From Eledone cirrhosa (taxonomy: Eukaryota): a stretch of DNA of 64,000 nt. The translations under genes were made by a program, and so were the position numbers. Positions 31,330 through 43,600 of the stretch are shown piece by piece; position 1 is the stretch's first letter; the number at the start of each line of letters is the position of its first letter. The notes under the pieces are model-generated. The model did not search any database. It was given only the letters and a program-made list of their open reading frames with translations, and was not told the origin of the DNA. Location of the stretch: assembly GCA_964016885.1 (NCBI GenBank), contig CAXHJY010000078.1, forward strand, positions 1 through 64,000. Reading direction: 5' to 3'.

Positions 31330-31653
31330 GTGCATGGATACTTGAGACGTAAAACACAGACCATAGAGAGGATAAACCACTCGAAAAGCCTGGCATGGAG
31401 TTCCGACAAGTTTATGACATCACACCTTGAGGGATATCTCTATGCAATACAGGAACAAGAACTCCCTACCAAATATCTGCTGCACAAAAGGGGAGGGTCA
31501 TCAGCTGACAATAAATGTAGGCTATGTAAAACAAAGATCGAGGATGTAAACCACATTGTTGCCAGCTGTGAAAGAATGTCATCTCGCTACTACCTCCCCA
31601 TGAGACACGATGGGATAGCTAGAACCATCTGGAACGCACTTCGTATACTCTGA
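31330..31653 (+). pseudogene. Fragment of an RLE-type non-LTR retrotransposon (R4/Dong-like), CCHC region
   Basis: 'EGYLYAIQEQELPT...CRLCKTKIEDVNHIVASC...YYLPMRHDGIAR' matches the CX2CX8HX4C..RHD signature preceding restriction-like endonuclease domains. Confidence 0.75.
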
Positions 31654-31918
31654 CTCTGTCTCTTTGGTTGTAGCCAGAGAACTGCATGCGGTTGATGAAG
31701 TGTTGGATGTGTATTTCCACACTAGTAAAGATAGAATACATCAACCGATACACAGTCACCCAATCACGAACACAATCAAACAAAACACTATACACACGCA
31801 AACGCATGCGCAAAGAAGACAAAATAAAATAAACAAACAAACAAATAAATAAATAAATATATAGACAGACTAAATAAAAATGGCGAAGACATACAATGTA
31901 ACGGGAGGAAACAATAGC

Positions 31919-31960
31919 ACCACTGACGATGTTGCAGATGTGCAACGAAAGAACTTTGAT
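31919..31960 (+). ncRNA. Minimal type-I hammerhead ribozyme (extra U after A9)
   Basis: ACCA-CUGACGA-U-GUUGCA gaug UGCAAC-GAAA-GAAC-UU-UGAU: complete core, 6-bp stem II, one stem-I mismatch; TA run 4 nt downstream. Confidence 0.65.
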
Positions 31961-32163
31961 AAACTATATATATATGTGTTTGTGTCTATATTGTATCTGT
32001 ATTATTTTTGACCGTCGGTCAGTCAATGGCAACATTGAAGACCGAATAAATTAGATTACCGATATAAAAGACACAGAAGCGGAAAGGGAAAACCAACCAA
32101 ACAGTGAGTGTGTTCTGTTATTAATTCTGGCAATATTACACAAATATGACCCTCCCCAAGTAT

Positions 32164-32222
<59 letters not shown>

Positions 32223-32352
32223 CAGAAAGGATATTCAATTTGTTGGTAATTCAATAAATATAAATGTTTATTCAGAGCACTCAACATATTTTTCTGGAGT
32301 ATAATATACAATGATATTAAATAAATGGAAACTATATTTATAAAACTATATT

Positions 32353-32413
32353 TATTCTATTATATATATTTCAAGGGTACCAACATTTTGGTACGCTATC
32401 ATCAGATAAAATA
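32353..32413 (-). ncRNA. Type-I hammerhead ribozyme (left arm)
   Basis: Mirror of 32503-32563 with one loop-II difference. Confidence 0.8.
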
Positions 32414-32502
32414 CGAAGTGTGTTTTATAAATTTTGACATAACCAAGGAGAATATACCATAACGATTCAAGTTATCCTTGGATACTATCCAAACACACTT
32501 CG

Positions 32503-32563
32503 TATTTTATCTGATGATAGCGTACCAAAATTTTGGTACCCTTGAAATATATATAATAGAATA
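32503..32563 (+). ncRNA. Type-I hammerhead ribozyme (right arm)
   Basis: UAUUUUAU-CUGAUGA-UAGCGUACCAA aauu UUGGUACCCUU-GAAA-UAUAUA-UA-AUAGAAUA: 8-bp stem I, palindromic stem III. Confidence 0.8.
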
Positions 32564-32717
32564 AATATGGTTTTATAAATATAGTTTCCATTTATTTAAT
32601 ATTATTGAATGTATGTTATCTCTTTCTCTTAATTTCGAGTATATTTTTTTGACCGGCCACCTTCCTGGTGGCAAGGTTGTAAAAGAAAAGAAATTGTCAT
32701 CCCTTGAATCGCATATA

Positions 32718-32750
<33 letters not shown>

Positions 32751-32823
32751 GAGGCAATGAATTATGTGAGAGAACATCGTTATTTTTTCTCCCTCATACC
32801 AAGAATTTGAAGACAATTCATTT

Positions 32824-32897
32824 TCACCTGATGAGATCAGTGATAATCGATCATGGCTTCACAATCGATCTATCTCTTATTGAAACATGTGTCGTGA
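32824..32897 (+). ncRNA. Type-I hammerhead ribozyme with long stem II
   Basis: UCAC-CUGAUGA-[47-nt imperfect hairpin with AUCGAU/AUCGAU]-GAAA-C AUGU G-UC-GUGA; GUC triplet, ACAUGU palindrome. Confidence 0.8.
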
Positions 32898-33083
32898 TTA
32901 AATGATTGGAATTTTACCTTGCCTTCGGGTTTTCATTTTGATACTTATACTCCGTTTTACATCATCTAGCTGTTCCCTCGAATGGAATTGGAGATATACA
33001 AAAGCGTGGAGAACTTAATATTGGTAACATAAAGTTATTGGATCATTTTACACAACCAATAATACACCTTACTATATAACAAC

Positions 33084-33109
33084 TATATCTATCTATCTAT
33101 CTATCTATC

Positions 33110-33174
<65 letters not shown>

Positions 33175-33176
33175 GC

Positions 33177-33257
<81 letters not shown>
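33084..33257. repeat. TATA(TCTA)6 TA(CA)n, left flank of the full-length LINE
   Basis: Direct inspection. Confidence 0.95.
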
Positions 33258-33261
<4 letters not shown>

Positions 33262-33362
33262 GTGGGTCAACTCATTTTCGCCCCTTCAGGGGCGGAATAT
33301 CCATTTAAAAAATTTTTCTCCATCGAATCTTGGAAAAAATATTGTAAAATTTTGATTACGTT

Positions 33363-35267
33363 ATGAACGCTGCGTCCAACGATAATGGTGGTGGAGAGGC
33401 GGTAAGACTACAAAGCTCGCAGTCAACAACGTCTTCTTCACTAGATACTATAGAGATGGAAAGACAAAATGAAAATAAAAAAACGAATTCACATCCAAAC
33501 AACACAAATGACACCAAACAGCTCAATGACAACAAAAATAACAGCAAAACCAATAATGATGATAAAAGCAACAATGATAACAACAACAAAGAAAAAAATA
33601 AAGACAACGCCAATAACACCAGCATCAAAGACAACAACAACACCAAGGAAAATACGGATGATACCAACATCGGTGACAACAAGAATAACAACAATAATGA
33701 CAACACCACCAATACGGATTCCACAAAGAAACCAAAAATCTCCTTTGCGGAGAAAGTTCAAAAGAAAGAACAATTGATATATCTCGACATAACAAATGCT
33801 GAACACCTTTTAAAGGACGCTAAGAGATATGTCACCTTCGAAAAAAATGGTGCTTTCAGCATCAATTCTCCGGTAGAAATTCGCAAGGAAACTGCTCTCA
33901 AAACGATAGTTTTTAGGACAGTTTCCAATTCTACCCGAAAACCAGTCCAATTGTCACAGAAAGATATTGAACTGGTTTTCAAAGATTCAATGAATGATAT
34001 TGCATTCATTCAAAGAAGCAAACTTTTTGGGAGTATTTCGGTACTGATGAAGGATCAATTGACGGCCCAAAATTACTCTGTGTCGCCAATTGTATCCAAC
34101 CTGTACACCTTTTTCCCTACATACATGGGAAAAAGGACACAAAAGATCAGAATCACAAGTGTCACACCAAAGGTGAACATATGGTGGATACTGTGCGGCT
34201 TCATCAATTTTGATGAAGACAGAATACTGTCAGTAGGCAAGTCCCCCAGAGATGTATTCAATGGGACTAGCATTGAAGTTCTGGTGCAAATGAGCCCAGA
34301 GCGAATAGCTATGATCCCACAGCGTGTACTCCTGGACGGACTTACCTACATAAACCTTTCGGTTGAGGGTAGGCGGCCTTCATGTTACCATTGCTTTAGC
34401 AGGGGTCACCTGAGGGCTTCCTGTCCTAAACTAATGAACCAAAAAAAGGCTCTTCTGCCAACACCCATCAAAACAACACAACCACCAACACCACCACTAC
34501 AACAACAACACCAACACACAAAAATAACCACAACAAACACAGTCCCACCCAACCTCACTCCACCTAAAACCACTGCAAAATCACATACAGACACAACAGC
34601 TCCCCAAGACATACCCCTCCCCAATCACACAGACGATACAACAGATGAGGCTATCTCGCCATCACCCAGTGAAGACGAGGGAGAACCCCATCGCTCGAAA
34701 AGAAAGAAAAGACATCACAAAAGCAAAAAACCAGCAAACACTACCACAAACATACAACCACCAACACAAACAACAAAAATATCACAAACAAAACCCCCAC
34801 CTCCTGAAAACAAAATACCTACAACAAAACGAAAGCACACACAAGAACTACAGACAAAAACAAACACAACACAAGAAAATTACACTTACACTTACATAAA
34901 CACTGAAAACAAAACACTAATGGAGACCATTACGAACGACCCTTCGGTTTTCACCGAAGGGAAAACTTTCGCCCACTCTATAAAAAATAGCAAAAAAATG
35001 AACCTAAAACTGATTAGGGTCCCTATACAAACTTATAGGTCCCTAAAAGAAACATTTGAGAAGGATGTGGGGAATTCCTGCGTGAAACCACTCAACCGCG
35101 TCCTTCTCAAATACCTCCCCACCCCAGACACCCCCATCCCACCAGACCCCACCCCACCAAACATCTGCGTCCCCACCCCACCGGAAACCACCACCCATCC
35201 AGACAACCCCTCCAACACCCCCATGGAAATCGTGCGGCCTGGTCCCCAGGAGGCGAAGGGTGAGTGA
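33363..35267 (+). CDS. LINE ORF1p (634 aa), gag-like nucleic-acid chaperone
   Basis: Single CCHC knuckle CYHCFSRGHLRASC preceded by 'VEGRRP'; 'SFAEKV' motif; Asn-rich N-terminus and Pro/Thr-rich C-terminus. Confidence 0.88.
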   Translation: MNAASNDNGGGEAVRLQSSQSTTSSSLDTIEMERQNENKKTNSHPNNTNDTKQLNDNKNNSKTNNDDKSNNDNNNKEKNKDNANNTSIKDNNNTKENTDDTNIGDNKNNNNNDNTTNTDSTKKPKISFAEKVQKKEQLIYLDITNAEHLLKDAKRYVTFEKNGAFSINSPVEIRKETALKTIVFRTVSNSTRKPVQLSQKDIELVFKDSMNDIAFIQRSKLFGSISVLMKDQLTAQNYSVSPIVSNLYTFFPTYMGKRTQKIRITSVTPKVNIWWILCGFINFDEDRILSVGKSPRDVFNGTSIEVLVQMSPERIAMIPQRVLLDGLTYINLSVEGRRPSCYHCFSRGHLRASCPKLMNQKKALLPTPIKTTQPPTPPLQQQHQHTKITTTNTVPPNLTPPKTTAKSHTDTTAPQDIPLPNHTDDTTDEAISPSPSEDEGEPHRSKRKKRHHKSKKPANTTTNIQPPTQTTKISQTKPPPPENKIPTTKRKHTQELQTKTNTTQENYTYTYINTENKTLMETITNDPSVFTEGKTFAHSIKNSKKMNLKLIRVPIQTYRSLKETFEKDVGNSCVKPLNRVLLKYLPTPDTPIPPDPTPPNICVPTPPETTTHPDNPSNTPMEIVRPGPQEAKGE

Positions 35268-35300
35268 TCTCTTTTCCTCTTTTAACTTTTCAGCACCAAC

Positions 35301-38300
35301 ATGGCCAATATAAGAGTTGGATGTGTGAATGTACGCGGCCTGGGGATGCCCTGGAAACAGGGCAAACTCTTAAACGACCTCAGGTCGCACAGTTTGGATG
35401 TGGTAGCCATTTGCGAGTCCAGGATCCACGGCGAGCGACAGCTGGCCCCCATCTTCGATGACTTTGAGATCTACGCATCTCTCTGTCAACCGGGGGGTGG
35501 GGGCGGAGTTGCCGTTTTGCTGCGGAAACACCTGGGCCTCGTAACACAGACGGTACATCTGGACCCGGAGGGTCGACTGGTGGTCCTAGACGTTGACGGT
35601 AGTGAAGGTGGAGCGTTCAGGCTGGTGGCCGCATATGCCCCATCCGGGACACCGCGGCCAGACTTCTTCAAACGTCTAGAGACTTTTCTGGGAACGTCCC
35701 GCTCCTTGCTTTTAGTGGGGGACTGGAATGGAATCCTAGATGCACGTTGGGACTATGTGGGAGCATGTCCCGATAAAGGGGGGTGTAACAGCCTCAAACA
35801 GTTAATCGACCGATTTGACCTGGCCGATAGATATCGACTAGATTTTCCGACTGCGCCACTGTGGAGGTGGAGTAATCGTAGCGGAACATCTAGATCGTAC
35901 CTAGATAGGGTTCTAGTTAGAAATAAGGATAGGGACATGTTAAGCTGTCCACAAATGTTCATGGTTGCCTATTCAGATCACAAACTAGTGACCTGCATGG
36001 CCAACCTTGATAGAACCCATAGACAAGGACCCGGCTACTGGAAGCTGAACTTGTCGTTACCGACAAGCAAAGCCTACAGTAGACGGATTAGCACTTTAGT
36101 TAAACAGCACTTGACAGGGGCCATTGTCAACAACAGATGGTGGTACTCTCTCAAGAGGGCAGTTAGATTAGACTCGATAGTTTTTAGTAAAGAATTAGCG
36201 TTGGATAGAAATAGAACCGAGAAGGAACTGGTAGATAAAGTAGAAGAGGCAATTAGAAGTGGCAACGTAGCCAGCGTGCTAGCAACGAGAACGGCCTTGG
36301 ACCAGTTCTTCGACGCAAAGCACGAGGGCTGCGTTGTCAGAAGCAAAATACGTGCTCTGGGAAACGAGGGAGCCAAAGCTGTTAGCTGGGCCCGAGTGAC
36401 GGAGGCAAAAAGTGGCAACAAGTCCACGATTCGGTCTTTGAAGGACCAAAACGGACGCGTGATACGTGAGCCGAAGCAGATGTGTGCGGCTTTTCAGCGG
36501 CACTTTGCTCGGCTGTTCGGGGGGAGCGGCGCGCCGGGAGAGGCTATGGATTTCGGTCCATACCTCGACGGCCTACCGCGACTCTCGGACAGCGAGGCGA
36601 AGTTCTGCGAAAAGCCGATTTCAGCCACTGAGATAGGGGACGCGCTGAGCCAATGCGGCAAACGCAAATCTCCAGGTCTCGACGGTCTACCCTACGAATT
36701 TTACGTAGCAATGCCGGACTTATTCTCCGGTCTCCTGGAAGCGGTCTACTGCAACTGGCAACAGAACGGGAGAATTCCCAGTTCTGTAACCGGGGGCGTG
36801 GTCACACTAATCAGGAAGGACGAGAATAAGGGGGATGACATAGGCAACTTCCGGCCCATAACTCTGCTAAACACAGAGTTACAGATTTTGGCCAAGGTGT
36901 TGGCAAAGAGGCTGGCGCTTGTCGTCGAGAACCTGGTGGGAGAAGCGCAGACATGCGCGATCCCGACCAGGTCCATACACGACAACCTCCACCTCATGCG
37001 ATACATCATAGAGAGGGTAGGGTGTAAACCCGGCTTCGGTGGGGCCCTGATCAACTTGGATCAGTCTAAGGCTTTCGATAGGGTTGACCATCGTTACCTG
37101 GATGCGGTGCTCGAGGCGGCAGGCTTCGGACCCGTGTTCAGGGGCTGGATTGCTGCAATGCACAACAGCAACATCTGCTCAAGGGTCAAGGTGAACGGTT
37201 ACCTCTCGGAGCCGTTCCATATTACGCGATCCATTCGACAGGGATGCCCTCTCTCCTCCCTTCTGTACGTACTGACTCTCGAGCCACTACTGCGGAAGCT
37301 GGAGCTATTGCAGGGCATCCCTCTGGAACCGGGACTGCGGAAAGCGGCGTCGGCCTACGCCGACGACGTGACAGTAATGGTGTCGAGCGCCTCGCAATTC
37401 GAGGAAGTCGGCACCTTACTAAAGGAATACGAAAGTCTCACAGGAGCGAAGCTGAACCGGGACAAGTCCATCGGTTTGCAACTCGGATCGTGGAGAGGCA
37501 GACCGATGCCTTCCGATGGCGTCGTCGGACGCTGGACGGAAGGACCGGTAAAGCTGCTCGGGGTCTGGTTTGGTCCGGACCTCCAGGTGGAGAAGAACTG
37601 GAACGAAGTGACGGCCAAGGTGTTTGCACTCACCCAGAAGTGGGCCGAGTGCAAACTATCCTTGAAAGGTCGAGCGGAGGTGGCGAACACTTTTATAGCG
37701 TCCGCCATCTACTACCGCTTGACCGTCGTGCCTTGTCCAGCCAAAACGCTCGCCAAAATGGAGCGCGCCCTCTTCCGATTCCTTTGGAAGAGGCGGGCTC
37801 CTTTGGTAAGAAGATCCATCTGCTGCCAACACCCTTCTAACGGAGGGCTGGGGATGCCGTGGTTGACGATGCGCAAACACGCGCTCAGGCTGCGGCATCT
37901 CTACGTATTCCTCACCGGACAACCGGTGTGGGCCCCGTTCGTGAGGCGAGCCTTCCCACGACTCGTCTCGCTGACCGAGCTGCAGTCCTGGGTCAAGCAG
38001 AGACCGAGGAAAATGGGCGACTGGCACATCGAATGTGCTCAGGCGCTCACAGCCCTCTGGCAGGCGGACCCGGCGATCAGTGGAGACTCCACTTCGTCAT
38101 TCTATAGAGGGTTGGTCCGCAGCAAGTGCGACGACGCGCTCGGTGAAACTCTAGGCGTGGAGGAAGATGAACTGGCCAGTCTGTTCGGTAGGACCTTCCG
38201 CCCGGGACCGATGGACAACTTCCAAAAGTCCCTGGCCTGGCAGTGCTACCGAGGAGCTCTACCAGTTCGAGACAAGCTCTACAGACATGGGCGCCCGGGC

Positions 38301-38738
38301 AGGAACCCTGCAAAAAAGATCTGTCCGAGGTGCGTGCGAGACGAAGAAACCGTCGCGCACGCATTCATACACTGCCCGGGCGTCACTGACCTGTGGGGCT
38401 ATGTAGAACGACTATTGTCGCGGGTGGGACCAATCCAGTTGACCACCGAGTCCATTGTCATGATCAAACCGCCACCCTCCTTCAAAAACGAAGGAGAGGC
38501 GGTTTTCCTTTGTGTGATAGCTATGGCGAAAGAGGTTGTATGGTGGACAAGGTTGAAAGGGCTGAGGTCAGACACCTTTCTCTCCGGCCAACAACTGATT
38601 CTTTTTTTCAAATACCACTTTGGAAGAAGAATCAGGATGGAGAGAGAGGTGCTGTACCCCAGCAAGTTTTATGAAAGGTGGGTGAAAGTGGCGAGAATGG
38701 CCCGAGTGAATGGGCCTTCTCTCTATATCAGCCTGTAG
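35301..38738 (+). CDS. LINE ORF2p (1145 aa): APE endonuclease, reverse transcriptase, C-terminal Zn motif
   Basis: EN motifs NVRG, ICES, YAP, GDWN, SYLDR, SDH; 'GPGYWKLN'; RT motifs RPITLLN, DQSKAFD, RQGCPLS, YADD; CPRC..EETVAHAFIHC. Confidence 0.97.
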   Translation: MANIRVGCVNVRGLGMPWKQGKLLNDLRSHSLDVVAICESRIHGERQLAPIFDDFEIYASLCQPGGGGGVAVLLRKHLGLVTQTVHLDPEGRLVVLDVDGSEGGAFRLVAAYAPSGTPRPDFFKRLETFLGTSRSLLLVGDWNGILDARWDYVGACPDKGGCNSLKQLIDRFDLADRYRLDFPTAPLWRWSNRSGTSRSYLDRVLVRNKDRDMLSCPQMFMVAYSDHKLVTCMANLDRTHRQGPGYWKLNLSLPTSKAYSRRISTLVKQHLTGAIVNNRWWYSLKRAVRLDSIVFSKELALDRNRTEKELVDKVEEAIRSGNVASVLATRTALDQFFDAKHEGCVVRSKIRALGNEGAKAVSWARVTEAKSGNKSTIRSLKDQNGRVIREPKQMCAAFQRHFARLFGGSGAPGEAMDFGPYLDGLPRLSDSEAKFCEKPISATEIGDALSQCGKRKSPGLDGLPYEFYVAMPDLFSGLLEAVYCNWQQNGRIPSSVTGGVVTLIRKDENKGDDIGNFRPITLLNTELQILAKVLAKRLALVVENLVGEAQTCAIPTRSIHDNLHLMRYIIERVGCKPGFGGALINLDQSKAFDRVDHRYLDAVLEAAGFGPVFRGWIAAMHNSNICSRVKVNGYLSEPFHITRSIRQGCPLSSLLYVLTLEPLLRKLELLQGIPLEPGLRKAASAYADDVTVMVSSASQFEEVGTLLKEYESLTGAKLNRDKSIGLQLGSWRGRPMPSDGVVGRWTEGPVKLLGVWFGPDLQVEKNWNEVTAKVFALTQKWAECKLSLKGRAEVANTFIASAIYYRLTVVPCPAKTLAKMERALFRFLWKRRAPLVRRSICCQHPSNGGLGMPWLTMRKHALRLRHLYVFLTGQPVWAPFVRRAFPRLVSLTELQSWVKQRPRKMGDWHIECAQALTALWQADPAISGDSTSSFYRGLVRSKCDDALGETLGVEEDELASLFGRTFRPGPMDNFQKSLAWQCYRGALPVRDKLYRHGRPGRNPAKKICPRCVRDEETVAHAFIHCPGVTDLWGYVERLLSRVGPIQLTTESIVMIKPPPSFKNEGEAVFLCVIAMAKEVVWWTRLKGLRSDTFLSGQQLILFFKYHFGRRIRMEREVLYPSKFYERWVKVARMARVNGPSLYISL

Positions 38739-38975
38739 GTTGAGGAAAAGGAGGAGGAGAGGAAAGGAGTACAAGCTCTTCGTACTCCTGGAGATGAGGG
38801 TTGCACATTTTTTTCGGGGGTCTGTGTTACCCATATAAACTGTCTCCCTCTATTGGGGAAAATCGACTAACTTTTAAATTCCATCTGTGATAACATTTTA
38901 CACGTTTTTATTGTATGTAAACTTCCCCCTTTGTATTTGTCCCCTTCTTTTGTGCCCCTGTGGCTAATAAAGAAA

Positions 38976-39269
<294 letters not shown>

Positions 39270-39424
39270 CGACGAGGGACACCTGGCACTAATCAATCCT
39301 AATAACCTGTATATTCACGCAATAAATCGGACGAAATATTTTCATTTTCTTCAAAGGAGATCGTTTGTGACTGATATATATATCAGGCTAAATAAGTTCT
39401 TTAATTTCTTTAGTCAAAATACGG

Positions 39425-39474
<50 letters not shown>

Positions 39475-39612
39475 GTGGAAGCTTAGTAAAATCGAAGCTT
39501 TGGCTGTGGGCAAGCAAAGTCGACCTACAATAGTCCCGGATTTAATCAGGGGTAAGCACAGTTAGTAAGGTACTCAATATATTAATAGAATGTATACATC
39601 ATTTTTATATAT

Positions 39613-39646
39613 AGAACTGTTTCACTCAAAAGAAATCATCAGTCCT
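39613..39646 (-). ncRNA. Hammerhead-like relic (stem III shortened)
   Basis: Minus: AGGA-CUGAUGA-U UUC uuuu GAG U-GAAACAG-UUCU; core boxes present, but the stem III/cleavage site is too short. Confidence 0.4.
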
Positions 39647-39671
39647 GTAAAAACCATTTCTATATTAAAGG

Positions 39672-39710
<39 letters not shown>

Positions 39711-39863
39711 TAAATGAGCGAGAATCGTATTTCGGCTTTGGAATTAGCGAAAAACAACTTCCGAGATGTGTGGCAAGCGCTCAATAATTCTGACGAACCA
39801 GAGCTACAACATACGTTAAAGGCCAAACACACTGAGACGATGGTTAAACCGTCATCCGCACAA

Positions 39864-39919
<56 letters not shown>

Positions 39920-40128
39920 TATATAGAGAGAGAGAGATAAATCTACCAAAATATACGGTAGTGTCCAATCCGTATGAACAACTCAATGTAATCCAAATAT
40001 CATGAAAAGAGATGTATTCAAAAAGTTTCTTCGATGAAAATCATGTGTAGGTATGTATATTCCCTCTGATAGTTTGTAAAATGTTTACATAGATCTATAT
40101 GATATACATACCAACACACACATATATA

Positions 40129-40210
40129 TCCTAGAAACGATCGTTAAATGATGAATTTTTTAATATAAGGAACTGTTTCTTTGTTTTTATTCATTATTTT
40201 TATTAATTTA
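40129..40210 (+). mobile_element. Second copy of the 8670-8753 repeat
   Basis: See 8670-8753. Confidence 0.6.
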
Positions 40211-40254
40211 TATATATATATATTAGGCTGTAGAGGGTGGCTGATTTTCAATAT

Positions 40255-40385
40255 CGGGTGAGCATTCCACCAAGTTTAGCTTTGTCTTTCATCCCTATGA
40301 GTCGATAAATTAAAGTACCAGTAACACACTGAGGTCGATTTAATCAACTTTCCCCTCCCCCAAATTGTTGGCCTTGTGTCTAAAT
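40255..40385 (+). mobile_element. Degenerate SINE body (Nin/Deu-like centre by recollection)
   Basis: CTTTGTCTTTCATCCC...GTCGATAAATTAAAGTACCAG...AATTGTTGGCCTTGTG; the tail also occurs inverted at ~10697-10724 (GCACAAGGCCAGCAATT). Confidence 0.55.
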
Positions 40386-40609
40386 GATATACCATTATAT
40401 AGACTATGCTCCTTCAGAAGGCAAAAACGTACAGATACAGATGAAGTCGCATTGTTTAGAGGCAGCTCTAAATATTCAATACATTGATTTGGTGTGCTTT
40501 GTTTTGCTTTTCCTTTCTCTGATCAGAAGTACCAATCAAATGAGGTATCGATTTTAAGCGGCGGTAATGGTGGTGGTGGCGGAGTAGAAGGAAACATACA
40601 CAATAATCA

Positions 40610-40613
40610 ACGC

Positions 40614-40679
<66 letters not shown>

Positions 40680-43600
40680 AAACACACACGCGCCAACACA
40701 CACGCGCCAACACACACGCGCCAACACACACGCACCAACACGCACACACCAACATACACGCAGCAACACCAACATACACGCAGCAACACCAACACGCACC
40801 AACACCAACACACACCAACACACACCAACACACACCAACACGCACCAAAACCAACACGCAACAACACCAACACACACCAACACCAACACACACCAACACC
40901 AACACACACCAACACCAACAAACTCCAACACCAACAAACTCCAACACCAACAAACTCCAACACACACAAAAACCAACACACACAAACACCAACACACACC
41001 AACACACACCAACACACACCAACACACACCAACACCAACACCAACACCAACACACACCAACACCAACACCAACACACACCAACACCAACACACACCAACA
41101 CCAACACACACCAACACCAACAAACACCAACACACACCAACACCAACACACACCAACACCAACACACACCAACACACACCAACACCAACACACACCAACA
41201 CACACCAACACCAACACACACCAACACACACCAACACCAATACACACCAACACACACCAATACACACCAACACACACTAACACACACCAACACCAACACA
41301 CACCAACACCAACACACACCAACACGCACCAACATGCACCATCACCAAGACACACCAAAACACACCAACACACACCAACACCAAAACACACCAACACACA
41401 CCAACACCAACAAACACCAACACCAACACACACCAACACGCACCAAAACCAACACGCAGCAACACCAACACACACCAACACCAACACACACCAACACCAA
41501 CACACACCAACACACACCAACACCAACACACACCAACACCAACACACACCAACACCAACACACACCAACACCAACACACACCAACACGCACCAACACGCA
41601 CCATCACCAAGACTCACCAACACACACCAACACACACCAACACCAACCAACACCAACACGCACCAACACCAACACACACCAACACGCACCAACACCAACA
41701 CGCACCAACACCAACACATACCAACACGCAACAACACCAACACCAACAAACACCAACACCAACGCACACCAACACGCAACAACACCAACACACACCAGCA
41801 CACACCAACACCAACACACACCAACACACACCAACACCAACATACACGCAGCAACACCAACACGCACCAACACGCACCAACACGCACCAACACGCACCAA
41901 CACGCACCAAACAACACCAACACCAACCAACACCAACACACACCAACACCAACAAACACCAACACCAACCAACACCAACACACACCAACACCAACCAACA
42001 CAAACACCAACCAACACCAACACACACCAACACCAACACACACCAACACACACCAACACACACCAACACACACCAACACACACCAACACCAACACACATC
42101 AACACCAACATACACGCAGCAACACCAACACGCACCAACACCAACACACATCAACACCAACACGCAGCAACACCAAGACGCACCAACACCAAGACGCACC
42201 AACACCAAGACGCACCAACACCAAGACGCACCAACACCAAGACGCACCAACACCAACACGCACCAACACCAACACACACCAACACGCAACAACACCAACA
42301 CGCACCAACACCAACACGCACCAACACCAACACGCACCAACACCAACACGCACCAACACCAACACACACCAACACCAACACGCACCAACACCAACACGCA
42401 CCAACACCAACGCGCACCAACACCAACAAACACCAACACCAACACACACCAACACGCAACAACACCAACACGCACCAACACCAACACACACCAACACGCA
42501 CCAACACCAACACACACCAACACGCAACAACAGCAACACGCACCAACACCAACACGCACCAACACCAACACACACCAACACACACCAACACCAACCAACA
42601 CCAACACCAACAAACACCAACACCAACAAACACCAACACCAACACGCACCAACACCAACAAACACCAACACCAACACGCACCAACACCAACACACACCAA
42701 CACCAACAAACACCAACACCAACACACACCAACAACAACACACACCAACACCAACACACACCAACAACAACACACACCAACACGCAACAACAGCAACACG
42801 CACCAACACCAACACGCACCAACACCAACACACACCAACACCAACCAACACCAACACCAACAAACACCAACACGCACCAACACCAACACGCACCAACACC
42901 AACACGCACCAACACCAACACACACCAACACCAACACACACCAACACCAACACACACCAACACCAACACACACCAACACCAACACACACCAACACCAACA
43001 CGCACCAACACCAACACGCACCAACACCAACACACACCAACACACACCAACACGCACCAACACCAACACGCACCAACACCAACACGCACCAACACCAACA
43101 CGCACCAACACCAACACGCACCAACACCAACACGCACCAACACCAACACGCACCAACACCAACACACACCAACACCAACACACACCAACACCAACACACA
43201 CCAACACCAACACACACCAACACCAACACACACCAACACCAACCAACACCAACACCAACCAACACCAACACCAACCAACACCAACAAACACCAACACCAA
43301 CAAACACCAACACCAACAAACACCAACACCAACACCAACAAACACCAACAAACACCAACAAACACCAACAAACACCAACACACACCAACAAACACCAACA
43401 CACACCAACAAACACCAACACACACCAACACCAACACACACCAACACCAACACACACCAATACCAACACACACCAACACACACCAACACCAGCACACACC
43501 AACACCAACACGCACCAACAGCAACACACACCAACACCAACACACACCCACACCAACACGCACCAACACCAACGCCCACCAACACCAACAAACACCAACA

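Larger units (their letters stand above)
32309..32607. repeat. Inverted repeat: ~115 bp arms (32309-32424 / 32491-32607), 66 bp spacer
   Basis: ATTAAATAAATGGAAACTATATTTATAAAAC... mirrored by ...GTTTTATAAATATAGTTTCCATTTATTTAAT. Confidence 0.95.
33258..38975 (+). mobile_element. Full-length L1/Tx1-clade non-LTR retrotransposon, 5.7 kb, both ORFs intact
   Basis: 105-nt 5'UTR with hairpin TTCGCCCC-TTCA-GGGGCGGA, ORF1, 33-nt spacer, ORF2, 3'UTR ending AATAAAGAAA. Confidence 0.95.

Noticed and set aside
39790-39856. CUGACGA-ACCA...UGGU-UAAAC-C-GUC hammerhead-like string
   Set aside because: G12 absent, stem I does not pair, long unstructured loop II
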